The notes: a model not told the origin generated them from the sequence alone. DNA of 41,598 nt from Promethearchaeota archaeon (GCA_048938105.1 JBHLMN010000021.1:1-41598), one strand, 5' to 3'; numbered from the stretch's first letter, positions 28,595 to 37,833 are shown. Numbers and translations: made by a program.

Positions 28595-30685
28595 TTGAAA
28601 TATAAAATGAAAGTTATTTCATTTTTATGGTTTTTAATTATCTGTTTATACTCTTTTGGATTAATATTCTCTGCTACTCGAATTGACATTGTTAAAAGCC
28701 GTAATCACTTGGCCAACACTCCTTCTTCTATCGATAATAACCACCTTAATGAAACATCATTAAAAATAACTTCCAAGATGGACGAAGATATTCTTGTATC
28801 TCTGGGACTGGATGTCAAACAATCCCCAGCAACAGCTGTTGATACTAATAAACACTTATGGACGGTTTATACTTACTATAACACTACTTCCACTAAATAC
28901 ATGCTAGATTTCCTAACATCTACTAATAGTGGAAATGATTGGATAAGAAAAGCCTACGTCTATAGTGATTATTGGATTGATAATCCTGAAATTGCCATTG
29001 ACTTACATGATAACAATATTTATGTCGTTTTCGATTATAGTGAATCGGGAAATGATTCATCTGGAAATATTGGATTAAGTAGATACAATCAAACTCACTT
29101 CGATACATTTGGTGTCGAAACAAACGGTGATAACCAGAGAAATCCTTCTATTGCAATTGATACCAATTATGGGAATGATAACCAGATTTATGTTGCTTAT
29201 GAACATGTCATTAATGTAAATAATCGCAAAATGGTTGTAAAAAAATCGACTAATAAAGGTTCAACGTGGGATGTTTGGCATTCAAGTGGGTACGGTAATA
29301 ATTATGTTCATACTAATCCTGATTTGATTACTGACTTTTTTGGGATCGTGTATATTACTTATGCTTTTGGAGTAGACTATAATTCATTATATGACATTCG
29401 TATTGAGTATGGTCCCCGTAATTCAAGTGAAAATTCGTTTGAGAATTTAGGATATCCTTTTTCATCAACTAGTAGCAAAATAACGTCAAATTATCCAGTC
29501 ATTGCAGTTAGTCGTTCTACATTATTTACATCTCGTGTTGTAATCGCTTTTCAATGTATATGGCTGGATTATGGTATGGATCGTGATATATTAGCTGCCT
29601 CTTCTGTTGATGGGGGTAAGAATTGGTTATTAAGTTTTGTTGGAGCTTCAGCTTATTGGGATTGGAAACCACAAATAGTATCAGATGGCATGGATAATCT
29701 TTCTGATGTTTTAGGGAATTTTTACATTATTTATGGATTAAATAATACAGCTCTTGATGATGAATTTTTTGGAATTAGGCAAGCGCCTTATTCCAATCCG
29801 ACTAATTGGACCATACTTACAGCATATGGAGGCTTTAAAGATATTGAAATGGTAACAAAAAGAGCATTTGGAATCATTGCATATTCTGACGTAGTGGTAG
29901 TTACATATGCAGCCAATCAGATATATCTAGCCAATTATTCTACTAGTTATATCGGTACAGATGCATTTATTACCATTATTTCACCCAACATTACTAGTGT
30001 TTGGAATGCGCAAAGTACCGAAAGAATTGAATAGTCAACTTTTGGAGAAATCGATAATATTGATATTTTATTATATAAAGGAAATACTATTGTAGAGTGG
30101 ATAGCAGAAAACGAAATTAATACAGGTTATTATGACTATATGGTTCCTACTTCTAGAGAACCTGGAACAGATTACTCAATCGCTATTACTGATTCCAACA
30201 ATTCAAAGATCTTTAGTCTCAGTTTTCAATTTGAAATTATTAATCCTAATGTTACTTATCCGGCTATTTATTTTACTAATCCTACACCTGTGAGTGCCTG
30301 GCGAGCTGGTGCAACTTATGTCATTACTTGGAATTGTAAAATTGATTTAGGTGAAGTAACTCTTGAATTACTTAAGGGCGGAGAAGTTGTTGATACTTTA
30401 TCTGATGACACTGACGGAGAAAGTCATTTCAAATGGGAAATCCCTGAGGACACTCCTGAGAGGAATGATTATCAAATTAAAATATCTTTGAATAGTAATG
30501 CGAATATTTATGGGCTTTCAGACGAGTTCAGGATAATCGCTCCTCGATCTCAAACCAATACTTCAAGAACCGTAGTTTTACCTGATTTAATATTAGCTAC
30601 TCCTGGATTTGGCCTAACCATCTTAATAACTAGTTTATCTCTTTTCATTTTATATAGAAAAAGGAAATCTATCATTGGAGGATAA
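28595..30685 (+). pseudogene. Surface protein (Asp-box/BNR propeller, two Kre9/Ser-Thr-rich-like Ig domains, PGF-type anchor) interrupted by one in-frame TAG at 30032-30034
   Basis: ORFs 28595-30034 and 30140-30685 share one frame, bridged by ERIE*STFGEIDNIDILLYKG...YDYMVP. Asp-boxes STNSGNDW, STNKGSTW, SVDGGKNW; C-terminal TPGF, TM, RKRK. Confidence 0.85.
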
Positions 30686-30688
30686 AAT

Positions 30689-31630
30689 ATGTTTACCTTT
30701 CTGTACAAACGTATTGCTTTTGTCATTATAATTTTAGTAACAGCTTTTGCTTTTGTTGCTGGTTATGCTCAAAATGATATTCGTACTAAAGCTGATGAAT
30801 CTCGTACTCAAGCCGTTGGCCATCAACAAAACGTCGAAAGAATATCAGATAGAATTGCTATTATGAGTAACCTCGATGGTTTTCAAAGTTTACGGGCTCT
30901 TGATTATTTTACTGAGGGTGCCTTAATTGCTTTAGAATATAGTGTTGTAGCTGATACTTTAACTCCTGACGAAGATTTAATTTACCAACTTAATTTTATG
31001 GCTGCAATGGTTACTGGAAATGGTCTTATACAATCATCTGTTGCAGGGGTCATGCATTTCGATTTTCTTGAAGATTCAAATATGGATTATTATGAAATAG
31101 CTACAATTGAAAAGAATGGATATGAATACATGATTTCAAGAGACCAATGGGAAATTTACACCCCAATCTATTCTGTACCGAAAGAACAATATTATCTCAA
31201 TCTGGGTTTAGAATCAATTTTGGCAGATCTTGATAATTTAGACGATGGTTGGGAATCTCTGGATCCTGATGCTGCTTTCTACCAAATGGATTGGGATAAT
31301 ATCTACAGTCTTTACCGTGGCCCTCTTTGGGAAGAAGTCAAAAATCAATTAGATATGGAAGATCTAGCAGACCAGTATGAATCCATCGCAAATAGAATTA
31401 CTATTGGAGTCACCATCACAACCGTGGCTACAATTTTAGCTGCAGCAATGGGTAGTCGTTTAGCAGAACGAAAAGCAGATCACCACTTTTCTGTTGTACT
31501 CTCTGATTTAAAAAGCGATCCTTCTTTAGTTGAGGGTGAATTTGACTTGCTTGCTTTATTAGGTTTGATTTTAGCGTTTATTCTCTCACTTTTTGGTTTA
31601 TCTCTTCCACTATCTATACTTTTAACATAG
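30689..31630 (+). CDS. Hypothetical membrane protein (N-terminal TM, large acidic loop, two C-terminal TMs)
   Basis: 313-aa ORF starting 3 nt after the surface-protein stop, with a GGAGG RBS. Confidence 0.8.
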   Translation: MFTFLYKRIAFVIIILVTAFAFVAGYAQNDIRTKADESRTQAVGHQQNVERISDRIAIMSNLDGFQSLRALDYFTEGALIALEYSVVADTLTPDEDLIYQLNFMAAMVTGNGLIQSSVAGVMHFDFLEDSNMDYYEIATIEKNGYEYMISRDQWEIYTPIYSVPKEQYYLNLGLESILADLDNLDDGWESLDPDAAFYQMDWDNIYSLYRGPLWEEVKNQLDMEDLADQYESIANRITIGVTITTVATILAAAMGSRLAERKADHHFSVVLSDLKSDPSLVEGEFDLLALLGLILAFILSLFGLSLPLSILLT

Positions 31631-31819
31631 GATCATACCATTAAATTAGTTTGTTCTGAAAGGAATGCCTATATCCGTGGATTTCATAAGGAAGACAGAT
31701 TATTTAACTAGTTTTAAATATTGGAATTATGAAATTCATCTTAGTATTCCATTAATGCACCTTATTTGTGAGAATTTTGGCGTCCAACTATGAGTCAAAA
31801 TTAGCGGGGTAATGAGATC

Positions 31820-32383
31820 ATGTGTCCTATTGACAAATCTGATATAAAAATCTCTTCAGAGGAAAAAATCTCTTCAGAAGAATTAGAGAAAATGTATGCT
31901 GAGGCTGGGAACATAACTGAGCTTGCTAAGAAGGTTACTCAGTTAAAAGACCATCTAAAAATCTCCAATGAGGTTGCAAGTGGAATTAAAGAACAATTTA
32001 CCCAAAGTTATGATGAAGCTAAGAGTAGAGCTGCATTGGTTGGAGGTTCGGATGATGATGTAGCAAAATTGTGGGGTTATAATTTTGGGGCGTTACTTTT
32101 CCATTATCTGGAGAAAAGAGATACAGAAGTTGGCAGGCAGGCCCTATCTTTCATTAAAATGCAACTAGGGTATGAATTAAACACTAGATTGTCTGAAATA
32201 CAATATGCTGCTTTTGTACTTGGTCTGTCTCTGAGATTTATGAGAGGATTTGAATCACTTAAGAAAAATATCACCGAACTCGAAGAAGCAATTAATAAAT
32301 TTGAACAACACCAATATATTCGCAAATCAGATACCGAAGAAGAGAATGATACTGATTTGTTCGGTAGAAAACGTACAAAATAA
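31820..32383 (+). CDS. Hypothetical helical/coiled-coil protein
   Basis: 187-aa ORF with a KISSEE-KISSEE duplication near the N-terminus and a C-terminal heptad segment. Confidence 0.8.
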   Translation: MCPIDKSDIKISSEEKISSEELEKMYAEAGNITELAKKVTQLKDHLKISNEVASGIKEQFTQSYDEAKSRAALVGGSDDDVAKLWGYNFGALLFHYLEKRDTEVGRQALSFIKMQLGYELNTRLSEIQYAAFVLGLSLRFMRGFESLKKNITELEEAINKFEQHQYIRKSDTEEENDTDLFGRKRTK

Positions 32384-32684
32384 GCTTTTTCTAATTATTT
32401 AAAGGGTTCTCTAACAAATTTCCTTGTAAATATATTTTCTTGAGCAATAGAGTCGTAATGGTACAAAGCATAACGAATAAGTCAAAGATCTGACATCGAA
32501 GATAATTATATTTTGATTAATATCTGATGATTTTTGGGGAACTTAAGGCAACAGAGAACCACGAATTTGTAACAATCTCAAGCCATAACGGAGAAATTTA
32601 CTAGAAACAATCAAAAAATCATTTTAAAAGAGCAGAAATTGAAGAATTTATAAGTAATCTCCTTTCAACAATCCTTATTGTCTC

Positions 32685-32774
32685 TTTAAATAGCGACAGA
32701 TGTGAGTGTTGTGGCTAAAAGCCGACAGTTGGATTCCTTTCACCGAACAAGTTCACAAATGGTGAAAACTGATG
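32685..32774 (+). promoter_or_regulatory. Putative TATA box and structured 5' leader pairing with the RBS of the kinase gene
   Basis: TTTAAATA at 32685; GGCT-AAA-AGCC hairpin; TTTCACC (32738-32744) complementary to GGTGAAA (32761-32767); CAGT/ACTG closes the stem immediately before ATG 32772. Confidence 0.45.
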
Positions 32775-33536
32775 AAGATTCCCGAATACTTAGAGATAGA
32801 GCTCTATCCTATTCAACAGACAGAGGAAGACCTAGTTTTCCAGAGCTATCTATTGAAACAGATTCGGGGTTCAAATTTTAAGGATAATGCACTATTTTTC
32901 ATTGATAACGAACAGCGTCATTGGTTATGGAAAGGATTACCTCTAATTCCGTTAATCCGAGAATATCTTGCTTCTACCTTAGCATCAGAGCTTGGAATTC
33001 ATGTTCCTCGCTCAATAATTGCCAAAAAAGGTCATTCAATCGGTTTAATCCAAGAATGGATAGATAACGCTACAGATCTAACTTCTTTTTCTAATGATTA
33101 TCCATTACAAACGAAAACTGAACTACTAGACCTTTTTGTATTTGAAGCATGGATTGGAGCATTAGATCGTCATGGGGGGAATTATCTCGCATCTACCGAG
33201 GGAAAACTCTGGGCAATTGATTTTGAAGATAGTTTTTACGAAACTGTTCAAGGTAGTGAACTGTGTTTATATTATCCTTGGATAAAAGATTCTAAGAAGG
33301 AATTAAAGAAATCTATTGAGAAATTAGTATCAAAGATTAAGGAAAAACAACTACTTGAAAAAAGTAAGGCATTTCTCAATCTTGATAATATATTACAGGA
33401 CTCACGAGCTAAAGAGGCTTTAATGAATCAGGTTCTAGAAATAGTAGACCTATTAGAGAAGAACTATGCTCAATTAGAAGAAAAAGTGAATCTTTTTATA
33501 GAAAGTAGCTATTCATTACCAGCCTTCGCATTATAA
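32772..33536 (+). CDS. HipA-like / PI3-PI4-kinase-superfamily kinase
   Basis: WLWK (Lys), REYLASTLASELGIHVP (helix C Glu), catalytic DRHGGNYL, Mg-binding WAIDF. Confidence 0.8.
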   Translation: MKIPEYLEIELYPIQQTEEDLVFQSYLLKQIRGSNFKDNALFFIDNEQRHWLWKGLPLIPLIREYLASTLASELGIHVPRSIIAKKGHSIGLIQEWIDNATDLTSFSNDYPLQTKTELLDLFVFEAWIGALDRHGGNYLASTEGKLWAIDFEDSFYETVQGSELCLYYPWIKDSKKELKKSIEKLVSKIKEKQLLEKSKAFLNLDNILQDSRAKEALMNQVLEIVDLLEKNYAQLEEKVNLFIESSYSLPAFAL

Positions 33537-33575
33537 ATTCATAAAAGAAGTACCTTCTAGTTAAATGGGCTGTAT

Positions 33576-33983
33576 ATGGAAATAGATATCGTAGACGGAC
33601 ACATTTGCCAACAGAATAACTGTTATCACTGTTGTATAGAAACTGAGATGTTGTTAACAAAAAAAGACATTAAGCGAATATCTGCAATGACCTCAATACC
33701 ACCTAAAGAATTCGTTACTCTCAATGAAGACGGATACAGAAAGCTGAAGAATAAACAGGTTGATTCTAAACTCCAGTGCTTTTTTCTTGATAGAGAAGGC
33801 CAATGTTCCATCTATGAGATCAGACCCGAGGGGTGTCAATTTTATCCATATATATGGGATCTGACGGAACATCGAATTACTATCGACGAGTACTGTACAT
33901 ATAATAATAAATTTAAACAACCATGGGCTAGTATCTCAATAAAACTAGAGGATTTTATTTTTAGATTATTTGGAAAACTTTAA
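33576..33983 (+). CDS. YkgJ-family (CxxCxxCC) cysteine-cluster Zn/Fe-S protein
   Basis: CQQNNCYHCC, CFFLD...CSIYEIRPEGCQFYP. Confidence 0.92.
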   Translation: MEIDIVDGHICQQNNCYHCCIETEMLLTKKDIKRISAMTSIPPKEFVTLNEDGYRKLKNKQVDSKLQCFFLDREGQCSIYEIRPEGCQFYPYIWDLTEHRITIDEYCTYNNKFKQPWASISIKLEDFIFRLFGKL

Positions 33984-34129
33984 TGTTTTCATCCTCTGTT
34001 TTTATTTAAACAAGTTAGGAAAGAGAAATTCTGATATTTAGATTGAGATTAATTTTTAAATAAACCAATTCTAATCCAATTACTACCACTGAATTGTAAA
34101 TTGTTTTTCTTTAATAGGAGTATTGCCTA

Positions 34130-34972
34130 GTGAGAAACAACGAGGTACGAAATGAAGAGTCAGAAATCAGCGAACAAGAATTATTCAATATAATGTCACA
34201 TCCTACAAGGCGAATGATCCTCCGAGAATTAGGCCAACAGTTATATCTTGCATATTCTGAGCTTCAAATCTTAATTCCTCAAAGTCCAGGAGTAATTTAT
34301 CATCATCTGGAAAAATTGCAAGAAAAAAGATTGATTCAACAACGGGAAAGTAAAGAGTATGAATTGACATCACTAGGGATTCAAGCTGTTTCTTTTCTTA
34401 AAAAATTAGATAATGGTGATATCCCCTCATTAGCAATCCACTTATCTCCATTTCAAAACTTATTTCTGGTTATACCTTTATCAAGAATTGTACTTAAAAA
34501 TCCTCAACGATGGGTAATTGAAATTATTCCTTTTATAATTTTATTATTTCTTATTCAGATCGACTTTCCTGTTCTAATTGTAGGACCTTTTCTTCTCCCC
34601 TCAGTATTGCAAATGCATTCAAGAGTGTTTATTGAAATAGTTATATTTTTCTTGACATTTTTATTATTATTTTTATTCAGTGGATCTCCAATAAAACGAT
34701 CTAAGGATGATACTTTTGCATTAATAGCTGGTCTTCTATCATTACCTTTTCTATCGCTTATTGCTTCATTAATACTATATTTGATTTCGATAATCTTAAC
34801 AGCTGTTCCAATTATTTTTTTCTGGCTTTTGACTTTAATGCTTCAATTTTGTTATGCTTACATTATTATTCAATTACTGATGAAAATTACACGGTTATCA
34901 TTTGACAAATCGATTATTGTAACACTTTTGATGGGATATTTCTTCCTTCTGTGTGTTTTTATATTTGGATAG
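34130..34972 (+). CDS. ArsR-like winged-helix regulator fused to a multi-pass membrane domain
   Basis: MSHPTRRMIL...SPGVIYHHLEKL...YELTSLG followed by about 5 TM helices. Confidence 0.85.
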   Translation: MRNNEVRNEESEISEQELFNIMSHPTRRMILRELGQQLYLAYSELQILIPQSPGVIYHHLEKLQEKRLIQQRESKEYELTSLGIQAVSFLKKLDNGDIPSLAIHLSPFQNLFLVIPLSRIVLKNPQRWVIEIIPFIILLFLIQIDFPVLIVGPFLLPSVLQMHSRVFIEIVIFFLTFLLLFLFSGSPIKRSKDDTFALIAGLLSLPFLSLIASLILYLISIILTAVPIIFFWLLTLMLQFCYAYIIIQLLMKITRLSFDKSIIVTLLMGYFFLLCVFIFG

Positions 34973-34988
34973 GCTCAAACTTTTTCTT

Positions 34989-35312
34989 TTAATCATCACA
35001 AATAGCAAGAATCCAAGATTCTTTCCTCCCTATCCCAACAAATAACTGATCATCTTTGTCGTTGTCGGATATCCACCCAAAGATGTGAAGATCACCCTGT
35101 CGAAAATAGAAATTAGGTTGAACCTCAAATGATAAATAATTTCCTTGATTGACTTGTGCAGAAATATCTTTAACAAACTGTTTTGGATGGATTATTTTGT
35201 TCCTAATCCAATGATTGCTATTCCCGTATAATTTTTCCATTATTTTAAGCCTCGTTTCAAATTTAGTAAGATTAGATAGAAATATTTCTAGATTGTAAAA
35301 ACTATAGATCAA
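34989..35312 (-). CDS. Hypothetical protein
   Basis: 107-aa ORF with ATGA-type overlap with the upstream gene, suggesting translational coupling. Confidence 0.65.
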   Translation of the reverse strand: MIYSFYNLEIFLSNLTKFETRLKIMEKLYGNSNHWIRNKIIHPKQFVKDISAQVNQGNYLSFEVQPNFYFRQGDLHIFGWISDNDKDDQLFVGIGRKESWILAICDD

Positions 35313-36046
35313 TCGTGAGTATTAACTTCTCCATATAATTCGCCTTGAGCGTAGATAAGACCTACTAGTGACTTTGGTACAGTAACCTCCCCTTCAACCC
35401 TGAGTGTTTGTACAACCCCTTCGTACTCTTCTAGTGTAACATCTTCTGCAATCACTAAATCTCCATCTACATAGAGCTGAATTTTTTCGCCTCTCTTAAG
35501 TAAGTATTGGAAAAATTCACGTGGAAGAGTAATATCGTTCTCGAATCTCTTTGATCGGAGTGACGGTAATGATTCACCAGTATATTTATCGATTTTTCCA
35601 CAGTGTCTCACTATTTTCAAGAGAGGTAGATATAAGTGACTAGGTATTGATATACTATCAACACGTTGGATCTCTTTTACATTTTTGAACGATTCACGAG
35701 TTATATCAGAATGAAAATTTAATCTACCTATATCGATAAATTTAATTGATTCTAATACTTTTAGATCCTCATTTGAAATGTCAAGAACATCTACTCCACT
35801 AATGGATTCCTCATCTGACTCAGCTGTTAAATATTGACTAAAAATATCATTAATTAACTCTGACACGGTGATATTCAACTGTTTAGCTCGAATACCGATC
35901 TCTGTATATAACTGTGGATCTAATCCTCTGATTCCCACAACCTTTGACGGGGTAGGAGGTGCAGGAGGAGGTGGAGGGCTGGGAGCTTCTGGAGGTAATG
36001 GGCCAATCTCTTTTTGGCGATCAGATTTTCGTTTTCTATCAGTCAT
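35309..36046 (-). CDS. Protein with polyproline N-terminus, ribbon-helix-helix-like domain and duplicated C-terminal domain
   Basis: ATG 36046 follows GGAG (the ORF extends to TTG 36130); PLPPEAPSPPPPPAPPTP; VVGIRGLDPQLYTEIGIRAKQLNITVSELINDIF has an RHH pattern; two homologous units of about 75 aa. Confidence 0.8.
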   Translation of the reverse strand: MTDRKRKSDRQKEIGPLPPEAPSPPPPPAPPTPSKVVGIRGLDPQLYTEIGIRAKQLNITVSELINDIFSQYLTAESDEESISGVDVLDISNEDLKVLESIKFIDIGRLNFHSDITRESFKNVKEIQRVDSISIPSHLYLPLLKIVRHCGKIDKYTGESLPSLRSKRFENDITLPREFFQYLLKRGEKIQLYVDGDLVIAEDVTLEEYEGVVQTLRVEGEVTVPKSLVGLIYAQGELYGEVNTHD

Positions 36047-36142
36047 TTCTTCTCCATCTATTTCAAAGTCTAAATCATTTTCTGAGTCCTTTGACAAATT
36101 CGTTCCATCCTTGATTAATATACTTTCCAAAAAGAAACCATA

Positions 36143-36322
36143 CTAATAAAAGCGTGAAAGGTGTAAATGTAGTAACTGCATCTCAATCCCTGTCCTTCCT
36201 TGGTTAAAAGATCGGTCACGTTTAATTTTGCGAGAAGAATGGTTTTGGAAATCATTCTTAAACTTAATTTTAGGAAGTTTAGCTCTTATATTACTTATAT
36301 AATTTGATTCATAGCTTTTCAT
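36143..36322 (-). CDS. Small basic protein, 59 aa (MKSYESNYISNIRAKLPKIKFKNDFQNHSSRKIKRDRSFNQGRTGIEMQLLHLHLSRFY)
   Basis: Below the ORF-track cutoff. Strong AGGTGA RBS 7 nt before the ATG, downstream of a BRE/TATA-like CAAAAAC-TTTATTAA. Confidence 0.55.
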   Translation of the reverse strand: MKSYESNYISNIRAKLPKIKFKNDFQNHSSRKIKRDRSFNQGRTGIEMQLLHLHLSRFY

Positions 36323-36367
36323 GATGTTTCACCTACCTGAAATATAAAACCTGTTTAATTTGTTGTA

Positions 36368-36387
36368 TTTGTTAACATGTTAATAAA
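36368..36387. promoter_or_regulatory. Palindromic operator candidate overlapping the TATA box of the RHH operon
   Basis: tttgTTAACATGTTAAtaaa (perfect 12-bp core); near copy TTAACATGTGAA at 36593-36604. Confidence 0.45.
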
Positions 36388-36642
36388 GTTTTTGTTGTTG
36401 ACAGATTTTAAATTACTATATCATGAATAGCAAAAATAAGTTTTATAGGTTAGTTATGGAAAAGCGACCTATTTATTGGCTTAGCTATTGTAAAAATCAT
36501 TATAAATGTATATAGATGGAAAATCTTAACGAGAGATAAAATGGGTAAAAAAACAAGAATTCTTACTAAACTACTAACTATCTAGTAGATTCTTAACATG
36601 TGAAACTGGAAAAACACTCTTTTTTCATCCGACAAGTATATT

Positions 36643-37833
36643 TCAATTTATTAGTTCAGATTCCGACTTAATTCGTATATTGAAATAACCGATTAAAGCA
36701 CCTATAAAGCCCATGGTCGCGAATACTAGTCCAATCACTGTATAACCATAATTAGACCAAATGACACCACTTAACGCTGCACAAAGTGACGTGGCTCCTG
36801 CATTTAAAGCTTGATTTAAGGATAAAACTGTACCTTTCGACTTGGGTGTTATTTGAGTTAATAAAACAGGTACTTCTGTCATTGAAAAATCAAATGCAGT
36901 TCCCAATAATATTAACCAGAACATTACGAATAATGTATTAAAAGAAAAATGTGACAATAAAATCATACAACCTGCAGCAATCGCTAAACCAACAATGACA
37001 CATTTTTTTGGTCCAATGTTGTCTCCAATCCATGTTGCAAGGAGAGTCCCAAATAATGTTCCCACTCCCATAAATGCATAAATCACACTAACAGAAGATT
37101 CTTTTATTTGAAATTCAGTTTCCATCCAGACTGAAAAAAAGGCTAAGATCCCCTGAATAGCACCAACCGCAAAAAAGGATAATATCAATCCTGAAAGGGC
37201 ACTCCGATCCAACAGAACTATCTTGAATAAGTTGACACTCTGTTTTACTGTAGGTTTCTGATCATTTGATTTATCGGTAGAGGGCTCAATCAGAGTAATT
37301 AACAAACCTGAACTTACTGCGAGGACCGTCAGTACTATAAATGGTAGGCGCCAATTTAAATATTCAATTGTATAACCTACTAAGGGTACACCTATTATAA
37401 AAGTGATAGGCCAAGACAATCGTACAAATCCCATTGCACGTGACCTCTTCTCATAAGAATAGTTATCTCCTAGTTCTGCTAACAATGCAGGCATGAAAAT
37501 AGCACTTGATAGTCCAGCAAGGCCCCGTGCTACTAAGACTTGTATCCAGTCCTGTGATATAACCATAAGAGAAGAACTTAATGCAAATATTACTAATCCT
37601 GAAGTTAAAAACTTTCTCCTCCCATATTGGTCTGATAAATTACCAAAAATAGGACTTAGAAGAATAAAGATTGAATAAGTTGAGATAATAAATCCCATAA
37701 GCCATACTTCGACGTTAAAAGACGTACTGAAAGTGCTAAAATACAGTATGATGCTCTGAAAATCGAGATCAAAAGCTAATCGGGCTAATAAAAGGATACC
37801 AAGCTGCGCGGAAGATGATCTTATATGTCTCAT
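36643..37833 (-). CDS. MFS transporter (DHA1/arabinose-efflux-like)
   Basis: Motif A GNLSDQYGRR, ARGLAG, second-half GDNIGPKK; 12 TM segments. Confidence 0.93.
   Translation of the reverse strand: MRHIRSSSAQLGILLLARLAFDLDFQSIILYFSTFSTSFNVEVWLMGFIISTYSIFILLSPIFGNLSDQYGRRKFLTSGLVIFALSSSLMVISQDWIQVLVARGLAGLSSAIFMPALLAELGDNYSYEKRSRAMGFVRLSWPITFIIGVPLVGYTIEYLNWRLPFIVLTVLAVSSGLLITLIEPSTDKSNDQKPTVKQSVNLFKIVLLDRSALSGLILSFFAVGAIQGILAFFSVWMETEFQIKESSVSVIYAFMGVGTLFGTLLATWIGDNIGPKKCVIVGLAIAAGCMILLSHFSFNTLFVMFWLILLGTAFDFSMTEVPVLLTQITPKSKGTVLSLNQALNAGATSLCAALSGVIWSNYGYTVIGLVFATMGFIGALIGYFNIRIKSESELIN

Noticed and set aside
32524-32780. CTGATGA motifs suggesting a hammerhead ribozyme or C/D box sRNA
   Set aside because: No stem II plus GAAA core follows, and there is no correctly spaced C/D'/C'/D set.
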